DNA from: Yuukianura sp. NJ FZ-2021
Taxonomy: Eukaryota
DNA: 64,000 bases
Reading direction: 5' to 3'
NCBI GenBank assembly: GCA_046563655.1
Contig: JAJCTO010000012.1
Coordinates: 62,001-126,000 of the forward strand
Positions 22,100-32,439 of the stretch are shown here, one piece after another. Made by a program: the position numbers and the translations under genes. Under the pieces are notes generated by a model. That model did not search any database, was not told the origin of the DNA, and was given only the letters and a program-made list of their open reading frames with translations. Each line of letters opens with the position of its first letter. The stretch's first letter is position 1.

Positions 22100-24345
22100 A
22101 TGAAGCCCCAATAGACGCTGCAAATGAATCGCTGACAATGTGGGAGGAAAACCCAATGGTTTTTCCCACTAACGAAAATATTGAAGAAAAGAAACAGGAC
22201 ACAAAAGACCGAAAATGTTTTGATGGAAACTGTTATGATTTACTAACAGAAAATGACTACGATAGTATGTACAATCTAACAAAAAATACTAAATACTACT
22301 TGTGGACCTACAGCTTCATAACGAGCGTAAAAAGAACTATGTACAGTATACTTAAAATACTAGCAAGTACTACGGACAAAAAAGAGTGGATCAGAAGGAG
22401 CGTACAAGTGTAAGTTCAGCTAGCCAAAAAAGAAAAAGTAGAAAACTGGAACGTAGAAAATGGCGAGGCAGAAGGTGAAGCGTACGGAAGGTGGCAGTTG
22501 TTCAGAGGAAGTGCAGCAGATGCTTGGAGAGAGGCCGTCCGAGTTGCTCCAAGGGCGATTCCAACGATGTAGGCGACAGACCAGTTGAAGTAGAGATGAG
22601 ACATCTTGAACGTCAGTTGCTGGATCTTGTCGGCCTCCAGGCTGGAAGTGTTGTGGATGACGGAAGGCATCGTTTTCTGCAACAAAGAGAAAAAAAAGAT
22701 TAGCAATCGCGTTAGAGTCATTGTTAGAATCCGAGTAAAGTGGTCGCTTACCATAATTGGATCAACCAATGACCTCCGAGTATCGCGCGTTGATTTGAAA
22801 ACCACCTTCGTTCAAATGGACATCATCGAGGCGGCGGTGGATGCAGCGTCAGCGAGTCCATAACTCCCGCGTAGTGACGTTGACGTGCAAGGGGGAGCAG
22901 GCAAGGGGGTTTCCGTGATGCGTGACGTCCAGTCTGCAGTGTCCGAAGGCGTTTGGCTCCAGCAACAGGGTGATCCAAGTACATCCGTTGGACAACTCGA
23001 ACATAGGGTGGATATCTGAGACGTTAGCTCCGTTCGGAAGGTAGACACCTGGAAATGGTTAGGTGAGGGTATTAAGTCACGATATGAGTTCCAGGAAAGA
23101 AATTACCAAAGGTGGTCGTCTAGAAAAAAGGATTCTTAATAACGTGGATTTGATCCGGTTGCCAGTGTCCCTCGAAGATCATTTCCACGCGAGTATCCAA
23201 CGAAAAGTCATCCATCACCTCAGCGTTGATTAGTAATGGCTCGACTAGTGCTGCAGTGTATCCATCTTCGTCCATGTCTCCAGGCACCTCTTCTCCAAGT
23301 TCTTCCACGATGGGTTCCAGTTCGTACACCCAATTCGTAAAGTAGTTGGCCAGGAGCTGGATGGCAGTTCCTGAAGTTTCTTCCTTGCCGAACATCTGCG
23401 CTGGCTTCAGATCTTCTTCTGGCTGCATCACGTAGCGGTGTCCGCCTCGAACAGTTCCTCGGCGTCCGATTGGTCGACTGGGCGATGTGTCCTTTTCCTC
23501 AAACCGAAGCTGGGACTGCAGCTCATCTCCCATCATGAGTCCCGGCATTTTGTCCAAGAAGGTGGATTCATCTAGACTGGTTGGACTCTCCAGTCCTCCA
23601 GGAAGTCCTTCGGGGTCATCCTTCAAGCGTCCAGTCATGCCTTTTTCAGCAGTTGAAGTCTCCGCTGAGTGTTGAGGTGGGGCCATCCTTCAGTGGTGGC
23701 GTAGGGTCCAGTAGTGGGGCTTCAAGTTCTCAGATGGAGTCGAGTGGAGGTCCGCCAGAGTCTTCCTCGGTAGCTGCAGTAGCGCCGGAGTCTCCGCTGA
23801 GTGTTGAAGGTGTCTTCTGGTGGCCGAAGTCTCCGCTGTGGTCCTGGTCCTTTGCTGGAGTTGAGTGGAGTTTGGCAGAGTCCTCTTCGTTGATTGTAGT
23901 AGTGGTTGTAGTCTCCGCTGTGTGGTGGGTCTCCGGTGGGGCCTTCCTTCCTTCGGTGGGTTGGTTGGAGAGAGTCTTCCTGGAGCTCTTTCCTCTTCGA
24001 CGTCTGGCGATGGAATGAAGTCTTCTCCTGGTTTCACCAAGAATGAAACCTCTGTTCCTTGGTTTTCTAGGAGGGAAGGAATTTACCCTTTTCCTTTGTT
24101 CCAGGGGCACGTGGTTGGACTTTGCCCTCCACGCATTCCTTTCGTGATCCTAAGGTGAGTTCAATGTCAAACGACCCTCGTTTCCCCCAGCAACCGAATT
24201 TGACGGTCACTTGAAGGTCAAAACGACCCTTTTCCGCACTGACAACGACATTAGAGCTTGTTTCAATGTCAACCTTCCCCGGTCTCCCCCAGCAACAGCT
24301 TCAATGTTGCTTCAAGGTCAAACAGCCAATTCAACGTCAGACTTC
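22100..24345 (-). pseudogene. Piwi-derived chimeric locus, left copy; its 5' part continues at 31487-31820
   Basis: Piwi N-terminal signature GRRG..RGG...TSGTAIQLLANYF (23339-23470); decayed terminal exon IHNTSSLEADKIQQLTFKMSHLYFNW..AYIVG (about 22500-22676); GT-AG intron and 3' region shared with 36685-36902 and 46523-47290. Confidence 0.8.
23120..23686 (-). CDS. 188-aa ORF: Piwi-like N-terminus to ANYF fused to unrelated acidic sequence
   Basis: ORF track; Piwi similarity ends abruptly after ANYF. Confidence 0.5.
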   Translation of the reverse strand: MAPPQHSAETSTAEKGMTGRLKDDPEGLPGGLESPTSLDESTFLDKMPGLMMGDELQSQLRFEEKDTSPSRPIGRRGTVRGGHRYVMQPEEDLKPAQMFGKEETSGTAIQLLANYFTNWVYELEPIVEELGEEVPGDMDEDGYTAALVEPLLINAEVMDDFSLDTRVEMIFEGHWQPDQIHVIKNPFF

Positions 24346-24478
24346 TGTTACAAGTTGAACGAGTGGAGTGATCAGTGAAGACTGACCTCTCGTGTTTTAT
24401 TCAAGTGCCTTATATAGGGGAAAGGTTTGACGTCATACCATGACGTCCATAAGCATACCTAACACGCCTACCATAACA
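24346..24478 (-). repeat. 133-bp 3' LTR
   Basis: TGTTA...TAACA termini; minus strand has TGACGTCA, TATATAA and AATAAA in promoter order. Confidence 0.82.
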
Positions 24479-24825
24479 ACAGAAGATTGTCCTCAATCGG
24501 ACATAAATGTATGATTAAAGATATAATGTATATTTGAAAGAGAGAAAGAAAGAGAGGGAAAGAGAGAGAGGAGTTGGAATTAATTTGTGTTAGTTTTTGG
24601 AGTTTTTTTTTTTGTTTTTTTTTTGTTTTTTTTTTCTGGACGTTTTAGTTTTGTTTTTATGGGTTTTTCTGTTATGAGACATAAGCTAAGAAAAGAAAGT
24701 TAAGAATGAGCGGAGATGGAAAGATTGAAAGGGAAGAGAGTAAAGGAGTAAATGATTAAAGTTATGTGATGACCGAGTAGTGTAAACTCCAAATGTTTTG
24801 ATAAAGTGTAATTGGATGTTGTGAT

Positions 24826-25575
24826 TTATGCGGAATCTTCCTCGGACGTAGAAGATCCGGAGGAGGATCCGGATGATGACGAGGAGCTGGACGATGCGGA
24901 GCTAATTGGAGGTCGGTCATCCTTTCCCGTGAGACGAGGACGAGTTTTGCGATGAGTTTTGCGTGGTGGGGTCTCGGTGCTAGTGACGCTGGTGATGGGT
25001 GCGGAAATTGGAGATGGTGTTTGAGCTGGAGCCGGGTCTGGAGATGTAGTGGGTGGTTCTTCGGGGATGGTGGCTGGGTGCGATGTTGTTTTGGAACTAA
25101 TGATGATTGGTTTTGTGCGTTTGCGGAGTGGAAATGCAGCTTGTGGAACTATGGGGTGTGTCGGACGGTCGCTGCTGGTGACGATATCTGGACACTTGCT
25201 GGACACAGTGTGAGATTTGTTGTATGGATTGGGCACGAGAGATGGGGAGACGGGATGTTCGTGGACACGGGAACTATGTGGGGTGTAGTCCGGACGTCCT
25301 TGTCTGGTGAAAACAGGTTTGGCAGAATTCTGGCGGTACGCGCGCGTGGGGATCGGTAGGATGGGGATAGAGAATAACGATTTTGGTGCTGGTGGGTCTG
25401 GAGATCGGAAGTGTGACTCCGGCCGTCTTGGGGGGTATGGGTGGTATGGAGGGTGATTTAGGCGGGAAAAAAGTTTACGCACAAAATCCCGTTGAGCACG
25501 CTCGTAATTTCGAAAACTCTCCCAAAACTCGTCAGCGAAATTATCGGTACTGTATGGTGGGGTAGAGCGAGACAT
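24826..25575 (-). CDS. Pro/Ser/Thr/Arg-rich putative accessory ORF (ORF-C)
   Basis: Open frame 24826-25620 with first ATG at 25575 (about 249 aa); short helical N-terminus (FADEFWESFRNYERAQRDFVRKLF), basic patches, Ser/acidic tail. Confidence 0.65.
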   Translation of the reverse strand: MSRSTPPYSTDNFADEFWESFRNYERAQRDFVRKLFSRLNHPPYHPYPPRRPESHFRSPDPPAPKSLFSIPILPIPTRAYRQNSAKPVFTRQGRPDYTPHSSRVHEHPVSPSLVPNPYNKSHTVSSKCPDIVTSSDRPTHPIVPQAAFPLRKRTKPIIISSKTTSHPATIPEEPPTTSPDPAPAQTPSPISAPITSVTSTETPPRKTHRKTRPRLTGKDDRPPISSASSSSSSSSGSSSGSSTSEEDSA

Positions 25576-25663
25576 GGTGGGTTGTGTTTGATTAAGATGT
25601 GAGTGTGGCCAACGAGACACAAGGACTGGAATAAATTTTTAATTGAAAAGTGATTTTATATTT

Positions 25664-26290
25664 TTAATCAGTAAGAGGAGGAAACGAGTTTGTTCGTGGT
25701 AACGAAATTGAGGAATTGTGAGTGGTCTGGATGTCGCCATCGGAATGTGGCGATGGCCGTGACATTGGTATGTCGAATGGTCGTGACCTTCCGTGCTTGC
25801 GCTTATATTGGTAGCAGTTGTTGCATAAGAGAGCAGTTTTGACGTCGCGCCAGCAGAAAGTGTGGGTAATGTTGCAATTGGTGCATCGTCGTTCAGCAAT
25901 GTATGGAATGGGAATGGAATGTTTGGGCTGAGTTGGATAAGGAGAAATTCGTCTTATGGGGGTGCTGTCCTTCCGGGTTCGCCTGGGATGTGGGTATGGA
26001 GGTGGTTCAAGGGGGGGTGGGAGTGGCGGTGTGAAGTTGGTATGCCGTGGGTCGGTATGGTGGGTGGTGGGTGTGAAGGGGGTACATGGTGGGACGCTAT
26101 GGGAAATGGTGGGTGGTACGGGAGTGCATTGTGGGTCGGTATGGTGGGTGCGTGTAACAGGTGCGGCATCTTCACTTTTATCAGAGGCTACGGCAAATAG
26201 GAAAAGAAAAGTTGCTTGGGCAGCACAAAGAAATTGGTCAGTGAGTTTTAAAAAATGGTCTTGGACGGCTTGTTTGTTTTGCGGAGCCAT
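25664..26290 (-). CDS. GATA-type zinc-finger putative accessory ORF (ORF-B)
   Basis: 208 aa, ATG start; CTNCNITHTFCWRDVKTALLCNNCYQYKRKHGRSRP = C-x2-C-x16-C-x2-C with GATA-like T..WR and Y...HG..RP. Confidence 0.8.
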   Translation of the reverse strand: MAPQNKQAVQDHFLKLTDQFLCAAQATFLFLFAVASDKSEDAAPVTRTHHTDPQCTPVPPTISHSVPPCTPFTPTTHHTDPRHTNFTPPLPPPLEPPPYPHPRRTRKDSTPIRRISPYPTQPKHSIPIPYIAERRCTNCNITHTFCWRDVKTALLCNNCYQYKRKHGRSRPFDIPMSRPSPHSDGDIQTTHNSSISLPRTNSFPPLTD

Positions 26291-26328
26291 AATGATGAGT
26301 GATCTGAGAAGGTAAATTGATTTGCCTT

Positions 26329-26649
26329 TTATAAGTGGCAGGGTGATTGATTCAATTGGAACAGGTTTTCTGTCAACCCGGGTGGGAGTGGGTTTGTACT
26401 AGTGGATGTGAGCTGCAGAGTCACAATATTAGGGGGCTCCGCTTGGGAGTGGGTGATGGGATCGGCTTCCTCATCTTTCACTGTTTTAGCATTGGGGGAA
26501 AGTGTTGACAGGATATAACGGAGTACCATGAGAATAATAATTAAAATGATTGTGATTTCGAGTAGTAGGGAGTTTTCGATGCTTTCCAAGATAATGTTCG
26601 CCGTAGTGTTCTCGGCGCGTGTGGTTAAGGGGAACGTAAGCATGGACAT
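26329..26649 (-). CDS. Small single-pass membrane ORF (ORF-A), or frameshifted env tail
   Basis: 106 aa; hydrophobic LLLEITIILIIILMVL; overlaps the env stop. Confidence 0.5.
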   Translation of the reverse strand: MSMLTFPLTTRAENTTANIILESIENSLLLEITIILIIILMVLRYILSTLSPNAKTVKDEEADPITHSQAEPPNIVTLQLTSTSTNPLPPGLTENLFQLNQSPCHL

Positions 26650-28489
26650 AGAAGGGCTAAGTATGCCAATTTTCCATGAAATAAAAAGGACCCATAAGGT
26701 GAGCAGGGTTAGCCAAATGGAGGATGAGAATGCTAGGTGGGTTGCGACGAAGTGAACTGCGGGGATGTCGGTGTCGTTGAGGGGCTGGGCTGGCCGAAGG
26801 GTATGGATGGATAGATTGAGGTGAGGGATTTCAGCGTGCCAATTAGGATTGAAAATCTCATGATGGCCGTAAAATTCGTTTTGGTCATTGAGAATTGTGG
26901 AATTTAGATTGGTCCATACTGCAGGTAGTAAATGATGGACTTTTGCACTGTTTTAGGATACCCAGGGAAAGTTATGTGTAATGGTTGTCAGATTGCCTTG
27001 CAAAGTACAATTGCACGGCAGTGTAATTTCCAGTGCCCCAATGTCATGGAGGGGTGGGATGAGGAGGAGTGTGTCATTGCAAGATAAGGTTAAAGTTTCA
27101 ACGGGGTTGAGTATTGAAAATTGGTATGGGGTGATTTCTGTGACAATTGTTGCGATTGACGTACGCGGGGCGCAAGTTAGTACGCATGCGTTTTTGAGGT
27201 CCTCCACTGTGGTATGATAGGAAAATAGGTACGTTAGGCAGTTGGTAAATAAATTTGGTCTATAATTAAAACGGGGAATATAGCAGAGGCCCGTGTTGGA
27301 TATGTCGCATTTTTGTGCATCCGTGCCCTGAATCGGGTAGAATTTCGTTCCTTGGGTGATGATTAGTGTGGCGTCTAAATGTATCTCGCAAATTTCCTCC
27401 ATATAGAGGAACGGAATGGGGGTTAGCTGCACCGGGCGGTATATAGGTTTGGAGTGGAATATAGGGATCTTGACCGTAAGTATGAGACGTTTTTCCGAAA
27501 ATGTACAGGTTGTTAGGGGCAGATGGTAGTATTGGTCGAGCTGGTCCATTGGAATAGCCAAATTTTGGTGGACGGAAAATATCGAGGTGTTAAGTCGTAC
27601 CACATCTTTTCGTAGTGTTTGTCTCGGGACAATGAATCTGGGTAGTCGATTGTGTTGACAGTCGTTGAGTGTCATTGTCCATATTGTCGCAATGACGGAT
27701 TGTTGCCATCCCGCCGCAAGAAGAAGGATTGCTCGAGAATTGTCAGAGACAACGTGGTGAAGTTTATCTTCGTCTTCGAATACCTGAGCGAACTCGTGTC
27801 CCCAGTGGTCCTCGATTTTCTCCATAGTGGAGTTGAGACTGTCTGAGTAGGAATTCAGGATTTTTGATACCTAGTAAGTCCTGATTTTCGGTTAGTAGTT
27901 TTTGTTGGACGGTATTCGTGAATGCATTCATTTTGGCTTCTGTGGCATGAATATCTTCTAAGTTTTTCTGGGTAGCGAAACCACAGCACCACTCATAAAA
28001 TGAGGATACAAATGATAGACTGCGTTGAGTTCGGATTGCGTTAGATCGGTTTGGGTTCGGCGTTTTCTTTGGGGTAAGAGGAAATAACCGTTGTACTGAC
28101 TGAAGAATATGTTGGAGGGTAAGTAGCGTGGGGTTGGTTGTTGACGTGTCCTCGTAATTTAGAACAGCTTCTGGCAAATCAGTTTCGTAGATGAGGGGGA
28201 AGGATGAATCGTAGGTAACAGCCGGGACTGCCTTATGTTGGACGCCTTTCACAATTTTTGTTGTGATTTCTGAGGGGTTTGCCGCAGCCTTTCCGAGTAA
28301 TAGACGTAGGATGTAAAGGATAATGATAAAAGACAGCCATGGGTGAATGATGAGGTAATGGTTTAGTGGCCGGTGTATTTTTGGCCGGCGTCGTGGGTTG
28401 TTTCCTGGGGTATTCGAAATGGTAGGGCCGATCCTTCCTGGTGGGATAACCATTGAGGTGGTTCGTTGGAAACGTTGTCGACGGGGCAT
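26625..28489 (-). pseudogene. env: env: class I fusion glycoprotein-like (baculovirus F/errantivirus-type layout), one frameshift and one stop
   Basis: Signal peptide, furin-like RTQR (28022-28033), fusion-peptide-like SLSFVSSFYEWCCGFA, heptads, Cys-rich ectodomain (LPCNC), NxS/T sites, TM IWLTLLTLWVLLF; frameshift near 27862, TAA at 26953. Confidence 0.82.
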
Positions 28490-28589
28490 GCTTAATTGAT
28501 GTGTTTGGTGGGAGAGTTGATGGTGGAATGAGCTGGTAGATTCGTGGAGTCTTGCTTTTATTGCTCCATGGTGCTGGGACGTGTGGGTT

Positions 28590-31097
28590 TTAGTATTTGT
28601 AGCTAACGGCCTTCCGTGGGCGTAGAGAGTATCTAGATGGAGCTGGAGGTGAAGGAGGTGGGGCCTCTGTTCTTGGGTCAGTGGTTGTGACTGAGCGGTT
28701 GGTGGTTGGTGGCTCGTTGTTTGCTGTTTGTATCGAGGGTTCTCCGCTTGAAGGAGGGCTTTCTGGTAGCGGTATTTCTTTTGGGTGGTGATTCATATTT
28801 GTGATCTTCGGGGAGGGGACTTGCACGGGCAAAGTGGGATGGGGATTATGAGGCTCATTAAGTGTGTCACTTATGGTGTTAGGGTCGCGTGCAAAGTAGG
28901 GTTTTAATTTCTCCACGTGAACTGTTTCACGGCGGTGTCGTTTCCCATGCTTCCCTTCTATGACGTAGTTAACTGCTGAGATTTTCTCGACGACTTTATA
29001 CGGACCAAAGTAGTATTTAAAAAGTTTGGACGATAAGCCTTTACGTTTGATGGGCTTACGGAGGAGAACTTGGTCTCCTATGTTATAACTGGTTTCACGT
29101 CTTCCTGTGTTAAAATATGCTGCTGAACGTGCTTGAGATTTATGTATCCGTTCGCCTGCTAGAATTCTAGCCTTTTGGAGGTATTTGACCATGTCTTCCA
29201 GAGTTTGGAATTCACTTTCTGCCTCTAAAGAAGCTTCGATAGGCATTACTGCCTCTCTTCCGTAAACAAGAAAAAAGGGGGAGAACTGAGTGGTTTCCTG
29301 GACGGCTGTGTTTATGGCAAAAGTGATGTATGGCAGGAATTCGTCCCAGTTGCGTTGGTTTTCCTTGGTGTATATTGATAAGCATGTTGTCAGTGTGGAA
29401 TGGCTGCGTTCGACCAGCCCTTGTGATTCAGGATGGTAAGCGGTACTGAATGCTTGTTCAATATTTAGCTTAGAGCAAATAACTTTCAGCAGTTCGCCTG
29501 TGAAAGTTCGTCCTCTGTCGCTTTGTATATGACGTGGACACCCATGTCGACATATAATTTGTTCAATAATAAATTTTGCTACTACTTCGGTTGTCGCGGA
29601 GGCAACAGCGCGTGATTCTATCCATTTCGTTAAATAGCATATTGCTGTAATTACGTATTTCTTGCCGGAGGCAGTACGGGTCATAGGGCCCATTATATCG
29701 ATTTGAACTTTTTCCATTACGCCTGGAGTGAACGTCATATGCTGGAGAAGGCCTGCTGGTTTTATGCGGGGAATTTTTCGACGTTGACATGCGTCACAGG
29801 TGTGAACATACGTTTTTATATTTCTGGCCATGTGAGGCCAAAAGTATCGTGTTTCTGCGCGGTGTTTAGTTTTGGAGTATCCTAGATGTGCTGATAGGGG
29901 CCCGTCATGGCATTCGGCTAAAATGGATGGAATTAAGGTTGCCGGGATCACCGGTACGAAGCGTCCTGTTTTGGAGTTATAGTGTCGTATTATGTCCATT
30001 ATAGCGTAGTGTTGTAATTTTGGGAGTATATCATGGTTGGTCAATAAGCGGTTACGTAATTGCATGAGGGTGTGGTCGTTTGCTTGGGCGGACATTAGGA
30101 TTTGTGGGCTTGCAAACAAGATGGGAATATCGCTTAGTTCTTCGATCTCGTCGTCATTAAGGTGTTTTCGGGGTTGAGGGACATCGACAGGGAACCTAGA
30201 TAGACAGTCTGGAAGATGTTTCTGTCCGGAGACATGATATATTCCTTCGATTTGGTAACAGGAAATGAATTCTACCATTCGAACTAGTTTTGGAGGTAAT
30301 TCAACTTTCTTGGCTTTGAGAATCCAACAGAGAGCGTGATGGTCTGTACGGACGGAAAAGTCTTTGCCCTTGATAAAGGTTTGGAATTTTTTAATGCCAT
30401 AAACAACGGCCAATAATTCTATTTCAGTGGTAGTCCAATTCTTTTGGGGCTTGGTTAGTGCTCGACTGGCGCATGCAACAGGGCGTTCGTTACCATCGAC
30501 AATTTGAAGCAGGCATGCACCTAGTCCAAAAGTGGAAGCGTCAGTGGACAAAATGGTTTTCCGATCGGGATCAAATAGGATTAATGCGGGTGCTTGTAGC
30601 AGTAGTTGCTTTACGTCGTCGAACGTTTTTTGTTGGTCACTGCCCCATTCAAATTTTGCATCACTAGGCATGAGTTTACCTAATGGTGTGACCAGTTGGG
30701 CGTAGTTGAATATAAATTTGCGGAAGTACGAGAAGAATCCTAGAATTTGTTGTAATTGTTTTTTAGTTGTGGGCGTTTGTAGATTTTTAACACCTTTGAC
30801 AGTAGTGGGGTCAGGTGTGATTCCTTCGCTCGTAAGTTCAAACCCCAGTATGTGAATGCGCTGGTATAGTAGGTCACACTTATTGGGTTGCATTAGTAGG
30901 GGTTCGGCTTGTAATCGTGCAAAGACTTGCTCGAGTCGGGTGATATGTTCGTCAAATGTTTTGGAATATATGGTAATATCGTCAATGTAGCAAAGGCATA
31001 TTGAGTTTTTGAGGTCGCCAAGGACGAGATCCATTAGTCTCGCGAATTGTGGGGGGCTGTTGCACAGCCCGAAAGGCATAACCTTGAATTGAAATAA
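28590..31097 (-). CDS. pol: pol (RT from motif B, RNase H, integrase), open but 5'-truncated
   Basis: VMPFGL, YIDD, TDAS, EIELLA, TDH, HHCC, IDIMGP, SDRG, GLVER, GPY. Confidence 0.95.
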   Translation of the reverse strand, partial: LFQFKVMPFGLCNSPPQFARLMDLVLGDLKNSICLCYIDDITIYSKTFDEHITRLEQVFARLQAEPLLMQPNKCDLLYQRIHILGFELTSEGITPDPTTVKGVKNLQTPTTKKQLQQILGFFSYFRKFIFNYAQLVTPLGKLMPSDAKFEWGSDQQKTFDDVKQLLLQAPALILFDPDRKTILSTDASTFGLGACLLQIVDGNERPVACASRALTKPQKNWTTTEIELLAVVYGIKKFQTFIKGKDFSVRTDHHALCWILKAKKVELPPKLVRMVEFISCYQIEGIYHVSGQKHLPDCLSRFPVDVPQPRKHLNDDEIEELSDIPILFASPQILMSAQANDHTLMQLRNRLLTNHDILPKLQHYAIMDIIRHYNSKTGRFVPVIPATLIPSILAECHDGPLSAHLGYSKTKHRAETRYFWPHMARNIKTYVHTCDACQRRKIPRIKPAGLLQHMTFTPGVMEKVQIDIMGPMTRTASGKKYVITAICYLTKWIESRAVASATTEVVAKFIIEQIICRHGCPRHIQSDRGRTFTGELLKVICSKLNIEQAFSTAYHPESQGLVERSHSTLTTCLSIYTKENQRNWDEFLPYITFAINTAVQETTQFSPFFLVYGREAVMPIEASLEAESEFQTLEDMVKYLQKARILAGERIHKSQARSAAYFNTGRRETSYNIGDQVLLRKPIKRKGLSSKLFKYYFGPYKVVEKISAVNYVIEGKHGKRHRRETVHVEKLKPYFARDPNTISDTLNEPHNPHPTLPVQVPSPKITNMNHHPKEIPLPESPPSSGEPSIQTANNEPPTTNRSVTTTDPRTEAPPPSPPAPSRYSLRPRKAVSYKY

Positions 31098-31820
31098 TGG
31101 GTTGGTTGGAGAGAGTCTTCCAGGAGCTCCTTCCTCTTCGACGTCTGGCGATGGAATGAAGTCTTCTCCTGGTTTCACCAAGAATGAAACCTCTGTTCCT
31201 TGGTTTTCTAGGAGGGAAGGAATTTACCCTTTTCCTTTGTTCCAGGGGCACGTGGTTGGACTTTGCCCTCCACGCATTCCTTTCGTGATCCTAAGGTGAG
31301 TTCAATGTCAAACGACCCTCGTTTCCCCCAGCAACCGAATTTGACGGTCACTTGAAGGTCAAAACGACCCTTTTCCGCACTGACAACGACATTAGAGCTT
31401 GTTTCAATGTCAACCTTCCCCGGTCTCCCCCAGCAACAGCTTCAATGTTGCTTCAAGGTCAAACAGCCAATTCAACGTCAAACTTCCCTATCTAAACACC
31501 ACCAGCAATAACCTTTAAAGTTACCCAAGGTTAGCATAAAATAATATTCAACAGAGAGCGCCAAATTCAAACTTATAAATCTAAAGTAAAGCGCGCCAAA
31601 ATTCAAAAATTACAAAAACAATTCAACTGCTACAGCCAAGTTCAAACCTAAACAGAAACCAATATGGAAGCGCGGAATAGCATCAGTAGATGGGAGATGG
31701 ACAGGAATCTGCATACTAAATAAATTAAAAATTAGGATATTGCTGAAATAGAAACATTTAGCAATATATTTCCATTTAGGAATTTTACTCTCCCGGCCTA
31801 AATTGGACCAATCGGATTTT
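31098..31820 (-). repeat. 5' module of the Piwi-derived locus; left arm of an inverted repeat; 31098-31486 duplicates 23957-24345
   Basis: Near-identical to the reverse complement of about 34726-35450. Confidence 0.92.
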
Positions 31821-32206
31821 CCAAAATCCTAACAAAACAAATTTCACAAAAGATTTGGATAATGTGATAACATTGAAAAGTTTAATTTTAAATTGAATTT
31901 ACCTAGAACAAGTAGCAATAAATCAACCAAAAAAAATTACATGGAAATATTACTTACTTTATTTTACTTTAAATCACTCAAAGAGTGTTGGTTTTTGTTT
32001 ATTGGAATAATGATAACTATAATTTATATAAATATAATTGAATAATTTCCTCTCACATTTCCTACAAGGTGGGCCGCTTATGCACGGTTTTACCAAGATG
32101 TCCGCGTAGTTTCCACTGCAATTTGGAGCAATTCAGGTCAACAATAAAATCAACGGTGAGATCGATTGTGCAAAGTAACTTACGATGTGCAGTAGTTGCA
32201 GATGTA

Positions 32207-32439
32207 CAGTAGACTTTCCCATTTATTCCATTTGCCAAATACAAAACAATTTCAATTGACAAATGCAAAACTCGCACCCGTACACTGGCGGTAAACTGGC
32301 AAAATGGAAAATGAAATGGCCATTGGGGGATTTGCCAATGGCAATTTCACCTCAGATTCATGTAATCTTCTAACCCTAGTGTAGTTCAATTGTATTTTGT
32401 TTTGTATTTGGCAAATGGAATAAATGGGAAAGTCTACTG
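32207..32439. mobile_element. 233-bp Tc1/mariner-pogo type MITE
   Basis: About 43-bp perfect TIRs CAGTAGACTTTCCCATTTATTCCATTTGCCAAATACAAAACAA with TA on both sides. Confidence 0.92.

Larger units (their letters stand above)
24346..31097 (-). mobile_element. Env-bearing Ty3/gypsy (errantivirus-like) element lacking its 5' part: pol, env, extra ORFs, 3' LTR
   Basis: RT-RNase H-IN, fusion-glycoprotein-like env, LTR 24346-24478; the host sequence interrupted at 24345 is intact in the sister copies (31486, about 35062). Confidence 0.92.

Noticed and set aside
23730..24110. MPLEQRKRVNSF ORFs (also 30982-31251 and 35298-35774) as a real protein
   Set aside because: GTG start, no domain recognised, several overlapping frames open, and the ends differ between copies
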